Source: Dimargaris cristalligena
Taxonomy: Eukaryota
Length of the DNA stretch: 59,749 nucleotides
Reading direction: 5' to 3'
NCBI GenBank assembly: GCA_003614675.1
Contig: ML002247.1
Location: 1-59,749, forward strand
Below, one piece after another: positions 12,624-25,016 of the stretch (positions are counted from its first letter, which is position 1; every line of letters begins with the position of its first letter). Position numbers and translations under genes: made by a program. Under the pieces are notes generated by a model, which saw only the letters and a program-made list of their open reading frames with translations, did no database searches and was not told where the DNA came from.

Positions 12624-14184
12624 CTAACCAAACACGCCGTTGGCCTCAAGGGTCTGCACCAACTCACCCATGGGAGCCACATCTTTCTTGTCCAGAAGAT
12701 CAAACTCCTTGCAAAAGGACATGAAGTGAGCAAACAGTGAGTTAAAATGCCTCTCCGCCGTGAGATGTAGTAATTTATCGTAGTGGCTGTAAAAAATGTG
12801 GGCAAAAACGCGGAACATTTGTTTGGCAATGGCTCGCACGATCACGGCAAAGTCACGCGGAAAGGCGTTACCTATAGGAGAGAGGGTGGGTGGGTCAACG
12901 TGGTTAAATAACAATAGCTATCATCATAATAAGTCACATAGAAATAGGCGTAGGGGAGTGGCACCCCCCTCCATCATAATGCTCCAAGGGGCATGTATAT
13001 GGAGAAGATCCCTCCTGGATTAACCCAACTCGGTGGATGGCAGCCAGCCGAAATAGTTTGACGGGTGGGGGGATCCGCCATAGGATAGGCCAAGAAAATA
13101 GTGATATATTTATACCGGCTGTCAAATCACGCAACCACACAGGGTGGACGGTGTTTAAAAATCATGAGAATAACGTGCTTTGACTGACCTGCTTTGGTGG
13201 GGAATACCGCCTCGTCATCGAGCTGATTCTGGATCCAGGTCATGACATAGTCAGTGTACTGCGACGCGGGAAGTTTGGCATTCCGCTGGCTATTGTCGGT
13301 CCAAGTGTAGTCGACTCTGTATAGAAACGTACAGTTAGGTATATAGCGTGATAAAGAGGGCGGTGGAGATGGCAGAAGGGGGTGAGGAGTGGTGGTAAAG
13401 AGACTATTGGTGATTGTAATGGGGGGGGGGGTGGCATACCACTGGTATGTATGGTTTTTATACAGCGGGTCATTCATTATAAGCTTGGCTAAAAGGAAAC
13501 ACGGTGATGCCGTTGAATAAATGAAAATAAGTTAAAAGTGGGGAGAATGGAGGGAAGCTTACCCGGGGCCAGCGGACATGGTTGGGCACTCCGTAGGGGT
13601 GCAAAAATCGGAGATGGCGCCGTAGAATAGATTGAGGTACTCGAAAAAGTCAAATATATTGGAGGCGAGCCATTCATTGAGATCAACGTATTTGGGGAGT
13701 TCGACTAGGGGCTTGATTTTCCCCTTGAGTAGCGAGGATGTGGCCAGGGACGGTAGTAGGAACAAGGGAGTGCCATCGTGAGTCTCGGCGTTGTGCTTGT
13801 GGTGATGGTCGCCACTGGACCGCTTGGTTTTGGTCTTGCCGAATTTGCTGGTGGAGATAAAGAGAGAGAGTGCAGGAAATTAGAGAGGGAATAGACTGTT
13901 TAGCCACGGTAAATGTGCTTTATATATATATTTAGGTGTGTGTATGCGCATATATAGATAGAGGGATACACCAGTCTGGGAGCATATATGCTGCTGCGCT
14001 GGTTTGGGTTGCACGGTAGGGTAGATGGGGCGCGGCTCCTGGGTGGGGTGTGGGGGTCAGATTGGCTAGCCCTGGCCTGATGGGTGTGGGTTCTTCGAGC
14101 AGATGCGGGGGCTCTGGCGAGGGTCCGAGACTAGGCGGCTACTCGGTGAAGAGGGTGTGTTTACCTTAGGTTAAAAAAGCTCAT
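12624..14184 (-). CDS. MOB2: MOB kinase activator (Mob2-like)
   Basis: Exons 14184-14165, 13847-13563, 13316-13189, 12871-12624. Motifs LVELPKYVDLNEWLA, CTPTECPTMSAG, YTWTD, LPASQY, FPTK and FRVFAHIFYSH. Confidence 0.88.
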
Positions 14185-15173
14185 TGCGAGCTTTTGAAAG
14201 CGTTTAATGGACCGAGTGATGGTTATAGGGTAACAAGTATGGCTTCCAGAGGTTGGAAAGCCACGGGGCGGGGGAGTTATAAACCAGGGGGGAGAGAGTA
14301 GTATGTAAAGTGTGCTGGGCAAGGGGCACACAGCAATAGAATATAATAGAATAGTATGCTAATAATAATAATAATAATATGACGACGGTTTAGTGGTGGT
14401 ATATGCACTGCACGCGTGGCTAAGGACAAAACATAAGGGGGAGGAGAGGGAGGAAGGAAAAGGCCGGAAACTCCACTGCTTTCTGTCGTCAGTCGGCGGA
14501 ATACCAGGCTGACTTTCCCTACCTCACTTTCAGTTGCAACTAAACTACACAATCCCTTTCCACTGCCCCCGCTCACTAGGGCTAATTTTGGAATAGAATG
14601 GACGAGGTAACGTAGCCCGGGCCTTTGTATATGTATCTTTTCTCCTACCCACACTAGTTAGCAGGTCCTATCTAGTCCACCGCCCCACCCACCAATATAA
14701 AATCCCCCCACTTTTTCCCATCCGCCGGTAGGAAATATGCGTAGAGGAGAGGAAGAGTGGCTGGCGATTTTACATTCGGTATGTGCTCTCTGTAGCCCTC
14801 TCCCCCAGAGGTAGCCAATGACAGCCAGCTCCAATCTGACCGCATTGCCAATGAGGAAAAAAGACTGCCAGTACACTTTACTAATGTGCCCGCTGTTCAT
14901 GCGAAAACGAAAAGAAGGTGTATATTTGACCCTCCAAGGCCCCCGCCGATTAGGTTCCCTCTCTTTTCATCCCCACCGATATTCCCCTATTCCGAATTCG
15001 AGTGTCTCAACGGAGGTACGCCTCGTCGCCTAACCATACCCCTAACCTCATTATCGCATCCACCTGTCCGTTAATCCGATCCCGCCCTTTCCCCACCAAA
15101 CTTACCCTGAACCTCCCCACTATACTCATCTATCCATCCATCCATCCACCACCCAATAGGTCTATAATTAAAC

Positions 15174-16703
15174 ATGGGTGCCTACAAATACCTCGAGGAA
15201 CTGTCCAACAAGAAGCAGTCTGATGTCGTGCGCTTCCTGCTGCGTCTGCGCTGCTGGGAATACAGGTAAACACACGCACATACATACATCCATATCGTAA
15301 CGTCGCCATCGGGTCCACTATGACCGGGTTGTTCCCTAATTCTCGATCCCCCCATGCTTAGCGATCTTCCCCCCCTTCGAGATTCGATGGGGGACGATAT
15401 TACGCCACGGCCTGTTATTTCTCTAGGTTAAAGCAGCGGATTCGTCCCCGGTGAAAACGGCATGTCAGCGTTCGATACCCCTCAACCTTTCCTCGTTCCA
15501 ATGGTTATCCGCTCTATGGAGTGGACTGTCTAAAGAATGTGCGAGACTTGTGTAAGGGGATCGCGAGAGCTGACATGAGTTCCTCACCCACCGGGGTGTG
15601 AATCCGATTCGGGTAGGAAGGTCCAGTGGGATTCCAGATGGTCTGGTTGATTCCACTAGACTGGGGGTGTGTACGGTTCTCTTTCGGTTTGGTAAACTCC
15701 CTCGTTCCACTCCCCACGATGTAGGGGTGGTCGGTTGGACTGCCCGTATTGAGAATTCGGCACCCTTTCCTAAGTTGGTGAATGAGCGGCTCCCATAGTG
15801 GGCCTGTCCCCCCATCAAATCCCTTATCCCTGCTTTATACCCATGACTAGTCTTGAAATAACTTGCTTTGGTATTAATCCGTCTTCCTCAATTGCTTTGT
15901 CCTATTACTCCCCCGGTTGCTACATGCTATGCGTTGGTTCATTGGGTTCAATGATTGAATCGAATGCTGCTATGGATCAAACCGCACTCTCCTCCCTGGA
16001 TATGTCTTGGCCGTTTATTAACCATTTAGACAACTCAATGTTATCCACCGCGCCTCCCGCCCCACTCGCCCAGACAAGGCCCGTAGATTGGGCTACAAGG
16101 TAAGTTGTCCAATCGAATCCTGCTTAAGTTTTTGACGTCTTCATACATTAGCATGTTTGTCCAATATAACCGATTGTTTCCACTGATTCTAATTTAAGAC
16201 CTTTTGATTTCACCTCTTTACTGTTACAACTAACTACCAACGATTATTAGGCCAAGCAAGGTTACGTGATCTACCGCATCCGTATCCGCCGCGGTAACCG
16301 CAAGCGCAAGGCCCACAAGGGTCAGGTCTACGGTAAGCCCACCAACCAGGGTATCAACGAGCTGAAGAACCAGCGCTCCATGCAGGCTATCGCCGAGAAC
16401 CGCGTGGGCCGCCGTTGCGGTAACCTCCGGATCCTCAACAGCTACTGGATCAACGCCGACACCACCTACAAGTACTACGAAGTCATCATGGTGGACCCCA
16501 GCCACAAGGTTATCCGCAACGACCCCCGCATCCAGTGGATCGTCAACCCCGTGCACAAGCACCGCGAAGCCCGTGGTCTCACCTCCGCTACCCGCAAGAG
16601 TCGTGGTCTCGGCAAGGGTCATTTGTTCAACCAGACCAAGGGTGGTTCCCGCCACGCCTTCTGGCGCAACAACAACACCCTCTCCCTCCGTCGTTACCGT
16701 TAA
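15174..16703 (+). CDS. RPL15: 60S ribosomal protein eL15
   Basis: Exons 15174-15265, 16030-16099, 16251-16703. Protein: [48 protein letters not shown]...LSLRRYR. Confidence 0.98.
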
Positions 16704-17498
16704 ATTTAACCCACTTAAAATCACTCATAACGTACGTCAGATGGTTGAAGGATGGCTGGAGGGGCTTCTGGTTTCCCCGATGGTGCTGGCCCTCGAAGCT
16801 ACTGTATCCCGCTTTGTATCTGTTGCTGTTCCCTTCGGCTTTTCAAGTATTTGCGCATAATGTGGTCTTGCGGACCCTTTAGTGCGTTTTGCCTGATTAG
16901 GGGTTTTTTATTCCTTCCCTTACCCTGCAATAAATCATCCTTTGAAATATTGATTCTATCGTTGATGTGCGAGAGTTTGTAAAAGTAGTTTCCCTTTGCT
17001 GTATTTAATGTTTAATGGAATTGTCAGATTGTTTACTATTGACTGTTTTTTTTTTAAATGTCGGTCACTTCGGGAGATTATACATAGATTTGAGATTCTT
17101 TAATACTTGCGAGGCAAATGGGAGGGAACAGGTGGGGGCAGATATGCTGGCTTGGGAAATGTACAACGCTTGTCCAACCTTTAAGTCTCCATACTGCGGT
17201 CAATGATGCTCCTTGTTTTTCCGTATTTGGCCGGCTTACGAGGAACCTAGCAATCCTCGCGTAAAAAAGCGGAAGCCTTTCTAATTTGCCCAACTGATAA
17301 GGCTCTGAAAAAAAAGGTATATATATATATATATATATATGCCAGCCAACCACTGTCCTAAGTTCAACAACTATTGGCTATCTGGATGTTTAGACCTGTG
17401 GTAATTTTCCTACCTCTTTATTTGCCTTCTTACTTCTCCCGCATTCGGTTTACTTTATTCCCCTCCTCATATATTATATATACTCCTCTTATTTCACC

Positions 17499-18473
17499 AT
17501 GTGTCTTCCCACTGACATTCCGACTACTTCCGCCGCCCCAGCGACCGATGCCACCTACGAGAGCCTGGAGGCCCTCCTACTCAATCACAGTGGCCAAGTG
17601 TCCCTCGCCGAGCGGTTCCGGGCCCTTTTCAGTCTCAAAGCGCTCCCGGACCAACGCAGCGTTGACATCATCGGCCGCGGCTTTGCGGATTCCTCGGCCC
17701 TCCTCAAGCACGAGCTGGCCTACGTGCTGGGTCAGATGGGTAACCCCCACGCCCTGCCCGTCCTGGAACAGGTCCTGCGGGACGACGCTGAAGACGTGAT
17801 GGTCCGCCACGAAGCGGCCGAAGCCCTGGGGGCCATTGGTCAACCGGAATCGTTGCCGGTATTGCGGGAATTCGTCAACCACCCCGCGGCGCCCATTGCC
17901 GAAACTTGTGAACTGGCGGTAGGTCGCATTCAATACGAAGCGGACCAACAGGCGCCTAGTACTGCTACGATTGATGCCGATGCCAAGGCCGCTATTCTTT
18001 ACGCCTCCGTTGACCCGGCCCCGGCCCATAACGACGCTTCCCAGTCCACCGAAGCCCTCGGTCACCGACTGATGGACCCGAATCTCCCCCTGTTCGAACG
18101 GTACCGCGCCATGTTCGCCCTGCGTAACCGGGGTGACACCGCAGCGGTTGAGGAGCTGGCCCGGGGTCTGGAAGACCCTACGAGTGCCCTGTTCCGCCAC
18201 GAAATCGGGTTCGTGTTCGGGCAGATGCAGCATCCCGCCAGCGTCCCCGCGCTGGTCAAGGCGCTTGCCAATACCGCCGAGGAACCCATGGTGCGTCACG
18301 AATGTGCCGAGGCTTTGGGGTCCATTGCGAGCCCCGAGGTGCTCCCGGTGTTGCAGACGTTCAGTAAGGACCCTGAACGTGTGGTGCGGGAGAGTTGTAT
18401 TGTGGCCTTGGATATGTATGAGCATGAACAGAGTGGTCAGTTCCAGTATGCTACCGTGCCGGATTCCCAATAG
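17499..18473 (+). CDS. LIA1: Deoxyhypusine hydroxylase
   Basis: Intronless 324 aa HEAT-like protein with four HE motifs (LLKHELAY, VRHEAAEALG, LFRHEIGF, VRHECAEALG) and SVDPAP. Confidence 0.97.
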   Translation: MCLPTDIPTTSAAPATDATYESLEALLLNHSGQVSLAERFRALFSLKALPDQRSVDIIGRGFADSSALLKHELAYVLGQMGNPHALPVLEQVLRDDAEDVMVRHEAAEALGAIGQPESLPVLREFVNHPAAPIAETCELAVGRIQYEADQQAPSTATIDADAKAAILYASVDPAPAHNDASQSTEALGHRLMDPNLPLFERYRAMFALRNRGDTAAVEELARGLEDPTSALFRHEIGFVFGQMQHPASVPALVKALANTAEEPMVRHECAEALGSIASPEVLPVLQTFSKDPERVVRESCIVALDMYEHEQSGQFQYATVPDSQ

Positions 18474-20664
18474 AAAAATAGGCATGAATAGATGTAAAAT
18501 GGGGGAAGGGGGAGGTTATTATATAGTAATGTACGGTTTGGTTTGTGAATCCCCGTCCGCACATCCCCCTCCTATTTTTTAAGGAATCGGGCGACTTGCT
18601 TGATCAATATCGGTTGCTGCCTGGTTCTCTATTTTTTCGAAGATGTCACTATTAAAATGATTACCGAAATAAATACCTAAGCCTAGCTAATCAGTATTGT
18701 TATGTCTTATCTCTTGTGGGGGTAGCTGTGTTTAGGGCGGGGGCAAGGATGGCTTCCCGGAGCTAAGCCATAAGTGGGTATTGGTTATGGTTCCATTTGA
18801 TGAGCGATCATAATTCCAAGAAAATCACATTGTAGGGCTTGATCAATTGTTTTGGGCGACTTCAACAGCATTTGAAGACTTTCCCAATTTCTAAATGGGG
18901 CACATTAATGCCCGTGCAGTGTCTATACATGTGTTCTGCCAGGCAACTGACTTGCTTTTAAGCGGCTTTCTGACTCAACGGTGACATCGTATCCCCTTTT
19001 ATCCCCCCTCCCAGAACCCGGGTACTCTTCGCTTATATATGAGATTCTGACGGGAAATAACAGAGACCGATGGATCACAATTATTGACCGTTGAATACTG
19101 CATTGCCAGAAGCTAGGATGACCCAGATCAAGACAGGCGTTGCCTACTACCCGTTTACTATTGGGCCAAGCAATTCGCAAGAAATCTTACCTGTCGGATA
19201 ACCTTGTGTCAAATTCTGGGGGTCTTTGCCTCGTTAGCTCCGACCAAGTTACTGTATTATTGTGGGACTTATAGCCCGGATCGCCGCTACATTAGTCACT
19301 CCTCTCATCTTGCTCTCAGCCATCAAGTGTTGGACATCGTAACCATAACCGGTCACTGGGGGACCTGCCGCCATCATGATTACCAGACGCCCGACCATCG
19401 TACTAGCTTTGGCCATTCGGGATGCTATCTAAACCACAGTTCCGGTGTTTCCCTATGACTATCCTAAATACGTGGACCAGGTTCATGGGTCGGCTTACTG
19501 TCACCTGCTCGTTGCATCGCACGAGCCGTTCTATAAGACAATGCGCCATTGTTCTACACACTCCTAGGGACATTGATTTGAAACTATAAGTCGATATTAA
19601 TGGATTGGGCTGTATTTTATTCATAATGACCCAAATGGAACTCGCAACTAACATTTTAATTTGTAGCCCGCTTAGCTAACGATCTAAAGCGTGGCACTTA
19701 TCGAGCTACTTGGTGGGCGGCAGGACCAGTCCAGAGGAAGCCCGGTATTGAGGTTCCTTTTGGATTCGATTACCTGTGGGGTGGAGATGTTCCGGCGGTG
19801 AGTGTAATTACATGAACGGGATGATTGGGCAAGAAATGAAATTATAGGCGGTGACTAACAATGCGAGAATGGGGCCACTTTGCAAAGAATCTCCCCTTGT
19901 AATAGCCTAAAGGGCTATATAAATTAATGGTATATATTCCTAAAGCGACAACAGGTGGCAGGTCTGGTGTATGTTTTAGGAAGTTAATTCACGGATTTCG
20001 GCGATGGGGGCCTCTGGGATTTGATGATCGTCTTATTTGAGATACTTTTATACCCAATTCCCTCCCCCGAATTACTATTGAAAGGCTTTTTTTGGATGTC
20101 CTAAACCACCCTACTCCTAAACTTATAAACCCCGGCCTTCCTCAAAAAGCTCGCATTATTTGTACCAATGAGGCCTAAACCCCTGGAACCCAGGCAAAGT
20201 AATTTGTGTTTGAGTGTCATAATTTATATACACTATTTGAATGTGACCAGGGGTAATAAGGATGAAAGAAACTGAATGCTTTTGGGTAAAATGGGGAATG
20301 CAATGTAAATACGAAGATGTATCGAGACAATTGTTTAAATATGACCAGAATGGCCCTGCCCAGTTTAACCCGCTGATTTATCCCGTGTGCGTCCGGGTTG
20401 GGTACACCGCCGGTGTCCAACAAACGTGGCGAGAATAAAAGGGGGGTTCCCAATGTGAACTGGTGAAAGGGTCAAGAGGAGAGGGGATGGTCAATTTGGT
20501 AAAACCAATGGATCGACAGTCAGCTAGATAAAACAAAGCAGGATTGGTGCGGTGCACACGATATAGCAAAATGAACTCCAGGCCGTGCAGGCAATATAAG
20601 GGGTAGCAGGTGTAGATTCCCAGATGAACTCAAGGGAGAGGATACGGTGGGGCAAGTTCCCGAC

Positions 20665-21159
20665 TCATTTTTTACCCGCCTTCGCTACAGCCCGATTGGG
20701 AGTAATATTCTTACCCTCTGATAAGCCCTTTACCTCCCCTTTCGTGGGGTTACCCCACGCGGCCTTGGGCTGGGCCGCAGTGCCGGCCGGGTTTGGTTTG
20801 CTTCGTTTGGTTAGGGGCCAGCTTGGCCATAGTTGGCTTCGCCGAAGTAGGAGGGGGGGGGGTCTTTGGGGAGCCCCGAGCACTAGGAACTTTAGCGATT
20901 GGCTTAGCGGTGGAAATCCTCGGCGGTGTGGTACTGGGCTTGTTTTTTCCATTCCAATCGGCGACGCCATTGGGAACAATTTTATTGGGTATCTCCAGTT
21001 TGTCTGCAGCGGTCGGTTTGGCTGCTTCGGCGCGACGAACCAATCGAGCGGTTGGGGCAGTCATCGAGGTATCAGCCACAAGAAAATGGCCCAACACAGC
21101 GACCACTAATGAAACGAGGAGGGGGGCAGCACAATGGATTTTAGGTTGGAAATTTTCAT
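20665..21159 (-). pseudogene. Small secreted Pro/Lys/Ala-rich peptide precursor, frameshifted
   Basis: caccATG at 21159 gives MKISNLKSIVLP. The hydrophobic stretch LLVSLVVAVLG continues only after a frameshift at the G6 run 21121-21126. A Kex2-like LVRR site follows, and a second shift is probable near 20790. Confidence 0.5.
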
Positions 21160-21239
21160 GGTGCGAACTTATAAATAAGAGGGTTCTTAGAACCAAGGGA
21201 AGAGGGGGATTGGGTTCTAATGAAAGGCAGCCGAAGAAG

Positions 21240-21271
<32 letters not shown>

Positions 21272-23232
21272 GGGTGGGGCGTGATTTAATGGAAGTAATT
21301 GTAGGGGGGGAAATATGCTTGTTGAAAAATAAAAGAGACAGGTCGGCCCATATTTATATATGGCGAGTAAGAGGATGCAAACGAGCACTTCGTTGCCTTT
21401 GACACACCATTGGAATCATTCCGTCGACCCACCACCAGCACCTCATTAAACCAAAAAGGCGTTTCCACCATCCATGTGTTGTATAGTTGGGAGAGGATTA
21501 AGCGAATGGGTATGAATGCCCGGCCAGTGCGTCGGGATGTATATTAATAAATAGATTGGTTGTTATTATAGTCGCGGGCCCTCTTAGTTGTCGCAAATTC
21601 TTTGTTAGGATGGCGGCGGCTGGATAGAAGGAAAGGGGAGGGGCACATGGTTGGATAAATAGCGGCCCAGACTTAACGGGCTCACCGGCAGTAATAAACA
21701 TAGCCGAATATTTCCGGTGGATTAGAGAAACCTAGTGAACTCCACCGAGTGCGGCTCAGGAGACCGTTTTTTGTTTTATATATACTTCAAAGCATATGGT
21801 TTTATTCGAGTTGTATATACAAACCCGCTTAACTATAGTATACACTAGTAGGTAAAGCCATTTACCCTTGCAATCACGCATTCTTAATTCTTTGGCGAAG
21901 CCCATGAACTTGAAGGATACCCGCGATTGAAAAACGCCCACATCCCCGGCTGGGGGACCTTTGAGCGGCAATCAATATAAAGCAATGTAGCCGCTTCTAC
22001 CCTGCTTTCCTTCTTCGCCCTTGGTGCTTTTCTTCAGAGGAGTGAGCCAATAATACCTCCCTAGAATTGGCATGATGACTCTTCCCGCACATTGCTATAT
22101 CGTCCTGAAGAAGGTCATGTTAAAATAGTGGGCGGAGACTTGAAACTGTGGCAATGCAATACTATCCGACCAGCCTGGACATTCCTTCATTACATACAGA
22201 TATTATCTATTTCTACTACCAACCTATTTGGACTAAGGGAAGTATTTTACTTACTATAATATTGGGTATCTAGGCTGATTTAGCCAGTACTATCCTCCAT
22301 GTGGCGTCTAATAGCCGGCGAAGCCTAAGAACCACGCTGTCTCTTCCCCCTCCCCTTTGTAATTGACCATTGTGATCTGAGCAATCTACAAATCGCCTCC
22401 GCTTTGTCAACACTGCCCCCGATCATTGGATATGCGGCTGCCTCGACTGTTAATTAATGGTCCCTCTAACCCTTCTGTTTGGAAAGGGCCATCAAACCGA
22501 CCCCATGGACTGTATCTCCCCCTCCTCTTTTTAACTTGAAGGACTGGCACCCGGTTTCATTTAATATTGAATGACTGGACCGTTGGCAGCCTATTTTACT
22601 TCAATAAAAGCACACCTTCCCCAACCCAGCCTAGTAGTTATTCGGCTTGATTTCTGTACACACATAAGTTAGGTAGGCAACCTTACCCGACCCAACGGAT
22701 TTATATTGGCTCTTACTAAGCGACAGTATTGATATAGAAAAGAAAGATCGAGCAGAAGGGCTGTCTAGAATTTGACAGTTATTTGTAAGCACCGCGGCAG
22801 GAGGGACATGTGGCAATATACCCGGTGGGGTAATTTTCAGCAACTCCGACCAGAGTTAGAACAATCCCAAGGAAATATAGCCGACTGTGAGACCAAATGC
22901 AAGAGTACACACATATGTAATGGTGGACATATACCGTAGGCACTGGTGGGTCAAAAATAATAAAACGTTGTATAAAAAGAAGCTAGCTTAGATGCGTTCC
23001 TAACGCCTCTTTAATGGAGTTGCCCTTTGTAGAAGAGACTATGTCCGTGAAATTGGGGGGACTGGGGCTAGAGTAGGCGGAAGTAGCCTGAACATTTTGA
23101 TATGCAGCGGAGTGCGCTGGGCGGAACGCGAGCCAGTTGGCCACGCCAACGGCTGAAGCCAGGCATCCCACGACTCCCTTCTGGTTTTCTTACCGAAATA
23201 GCTGGGGTGGGAAAATGGGACGTATCGTCCAC

Positions 23233-23388
23233 AATATGGTTGAAATTCAAACCAGCTGTATAAGGTTTTACATAATACGTGTATAAGTGGGTGAACATAT
23301 GTGAGAATAGCTTTTAACCACTAGTATTGTACTGGCCTTGTCCAATGGATTTTTCATTAGACAGCCTGAATGAACTTCTCCCATATGT
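23233..23388 (-). repeat. Dispersed relic repeat, copy 2
   Basis: Similar to 7046-7190 and 33966-34112. Residual peptide MGEVHSGCLMKNPLDK...YTYYVKPYTAGLNFNHI. Confidence 0.75.
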
Positions 23389-24139
23389 TGGGTGGGCCCA
23401 ACACTACCTTTTCTTTGGGTCACTAGCAAGGCTAGCTGTTTTGGCCGCTTTGTACTAGCAGCACTCTATTTTATATGTTCGGATCACCGGCCGTCTGTGG
23501 TTACCATAATAGGAATCAGTAGGCGGAAAGAGTCGCCAAATATGTCCCCAGTTTAGAGTGGAACTCAATAGAAAATATAATGGAGGGTAAAAGCAAGATG
23601 ATGAAAGTGTGTCAATGAGTGAGTTGACCCATTTGAAACGTACTATTAAGAGTTTAGCTCGATAAATAGCGGGGCTCCAAAGCTCCCGCCTGAGCCCCCC
23701 GGTTGTTGCAATCTCGTGACGAAGTAGAGCCACACCATTATCGTTAATAGATGCCGTCTATGTTATTTTATTTATTAGCACAACCTATTATACCCTAAGG
23801 ACAGGTCCGTGGTCTACATGAACCGAAAAATCGTCGTGAGCATGGGTAATGAACACAGCAGAGAACAATTTTGTTAGTAAAATTATAATAAACTAGATAG
23901 GGTTGGCTAGTAGGAAGAAACAAAAGGAAGAAAATGATAATAAACTAATTATCGCTCTAAAGGTTTCCCTTTATATTTCGGGGAGAGAGGTATTTTTCAG
24001 AATTTTTACTGCTCCCCTCGACGAACCCCCAAGTTTTTATCTGGAGTTCTTTGCCTGGGTGAGGAGAGGTTCGATATTTTGGATGAAGTCCAGTAATATA
24101 TATTTATATTTCCCGAATGGGCGGCCCATAAACTCCACC

Positions 24140-24265
24140 TAACCCCTATGGACGATAGATTCGTCAGTGACCACACACAGGGCATTCCACAAACCCCGGT
24201 TAAAAAGCACATTTATCGCTTAAACTATAGAATGTGGGAGCTGGGAGGGTTACCCACTATTATAA
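24140..24265 (+). repeat. Probable more diverged copy of the relic repeat
   Basis: Short anchors shared with 33966-34112: aacccctatggacga, acatttatcgcttaaa, gagctg and acccactattata. Confidence 0.4.
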
Positions 24266-25016
24266 AATTAAAGCTACTATGAGGGTACCTAAGGGGATCA
24301 CTAATAGGCATTATGCTTCGGCATCTAGGCCACTACTCGGGTTAAGGGCACAGTTAGCCAAGGCATTGATGGACATTTTAGCTACTTGGCTGAACATATT
24401 AATCGGGCCCGATAAAAGATATAGTTAGTCCGACATACTTTGTACTTTGGGGGGAGGGGAAACTGTACCAACAGGAGGGCGGGTCTAGGCGGCCTTTAAT
24501 AACTTACTGCTGGTTTTGGTGCCAGTGGCTCAGAACACCCTGGCATCGGATTAATTGTTCGCAAGTTTGAATCAATGCTACTTCATTCACAAAAAATGCC
24601 CTGGCCAGCCAATTCAATAAAGGCCTGCGACACGCATCTAAGTATAACTTACACCAATTTTTGGTTATGTTGAAACTGTACGCATTTCTCTCCACCGAGT
24701 GTAGTATACATTAGTATGGCCAATATTGAAACCTTAAATGTCAATAATAGACGTTGGATCCGGGTTAGCGGATCCTGCCAATCTACCCAATTTAGTATAA
24801 AGATTGGGTTATTCGCGGAGTTACTCCTGATTTAGGAGTTTGAGGTATTGTTGACTATACATTATATTTATTTAGAGGTATAACAGCTTCCAAATTCTTA
24901 CTAAAGGATTGAATTGGCATGTTTTATAGATAGATACAGACTCAGATTCCCGATGTTATTTAAAAGAAGATAATAATTCGAGTTCAAACGACGGCTCTCC
25001 ATCAGCCACGGGATAT

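Noticed and set aside
24756-24775. GGATCCG-N6-CGGATCC hairpin
   Set aside because: An isolated 7-bp stem is expected by chance.
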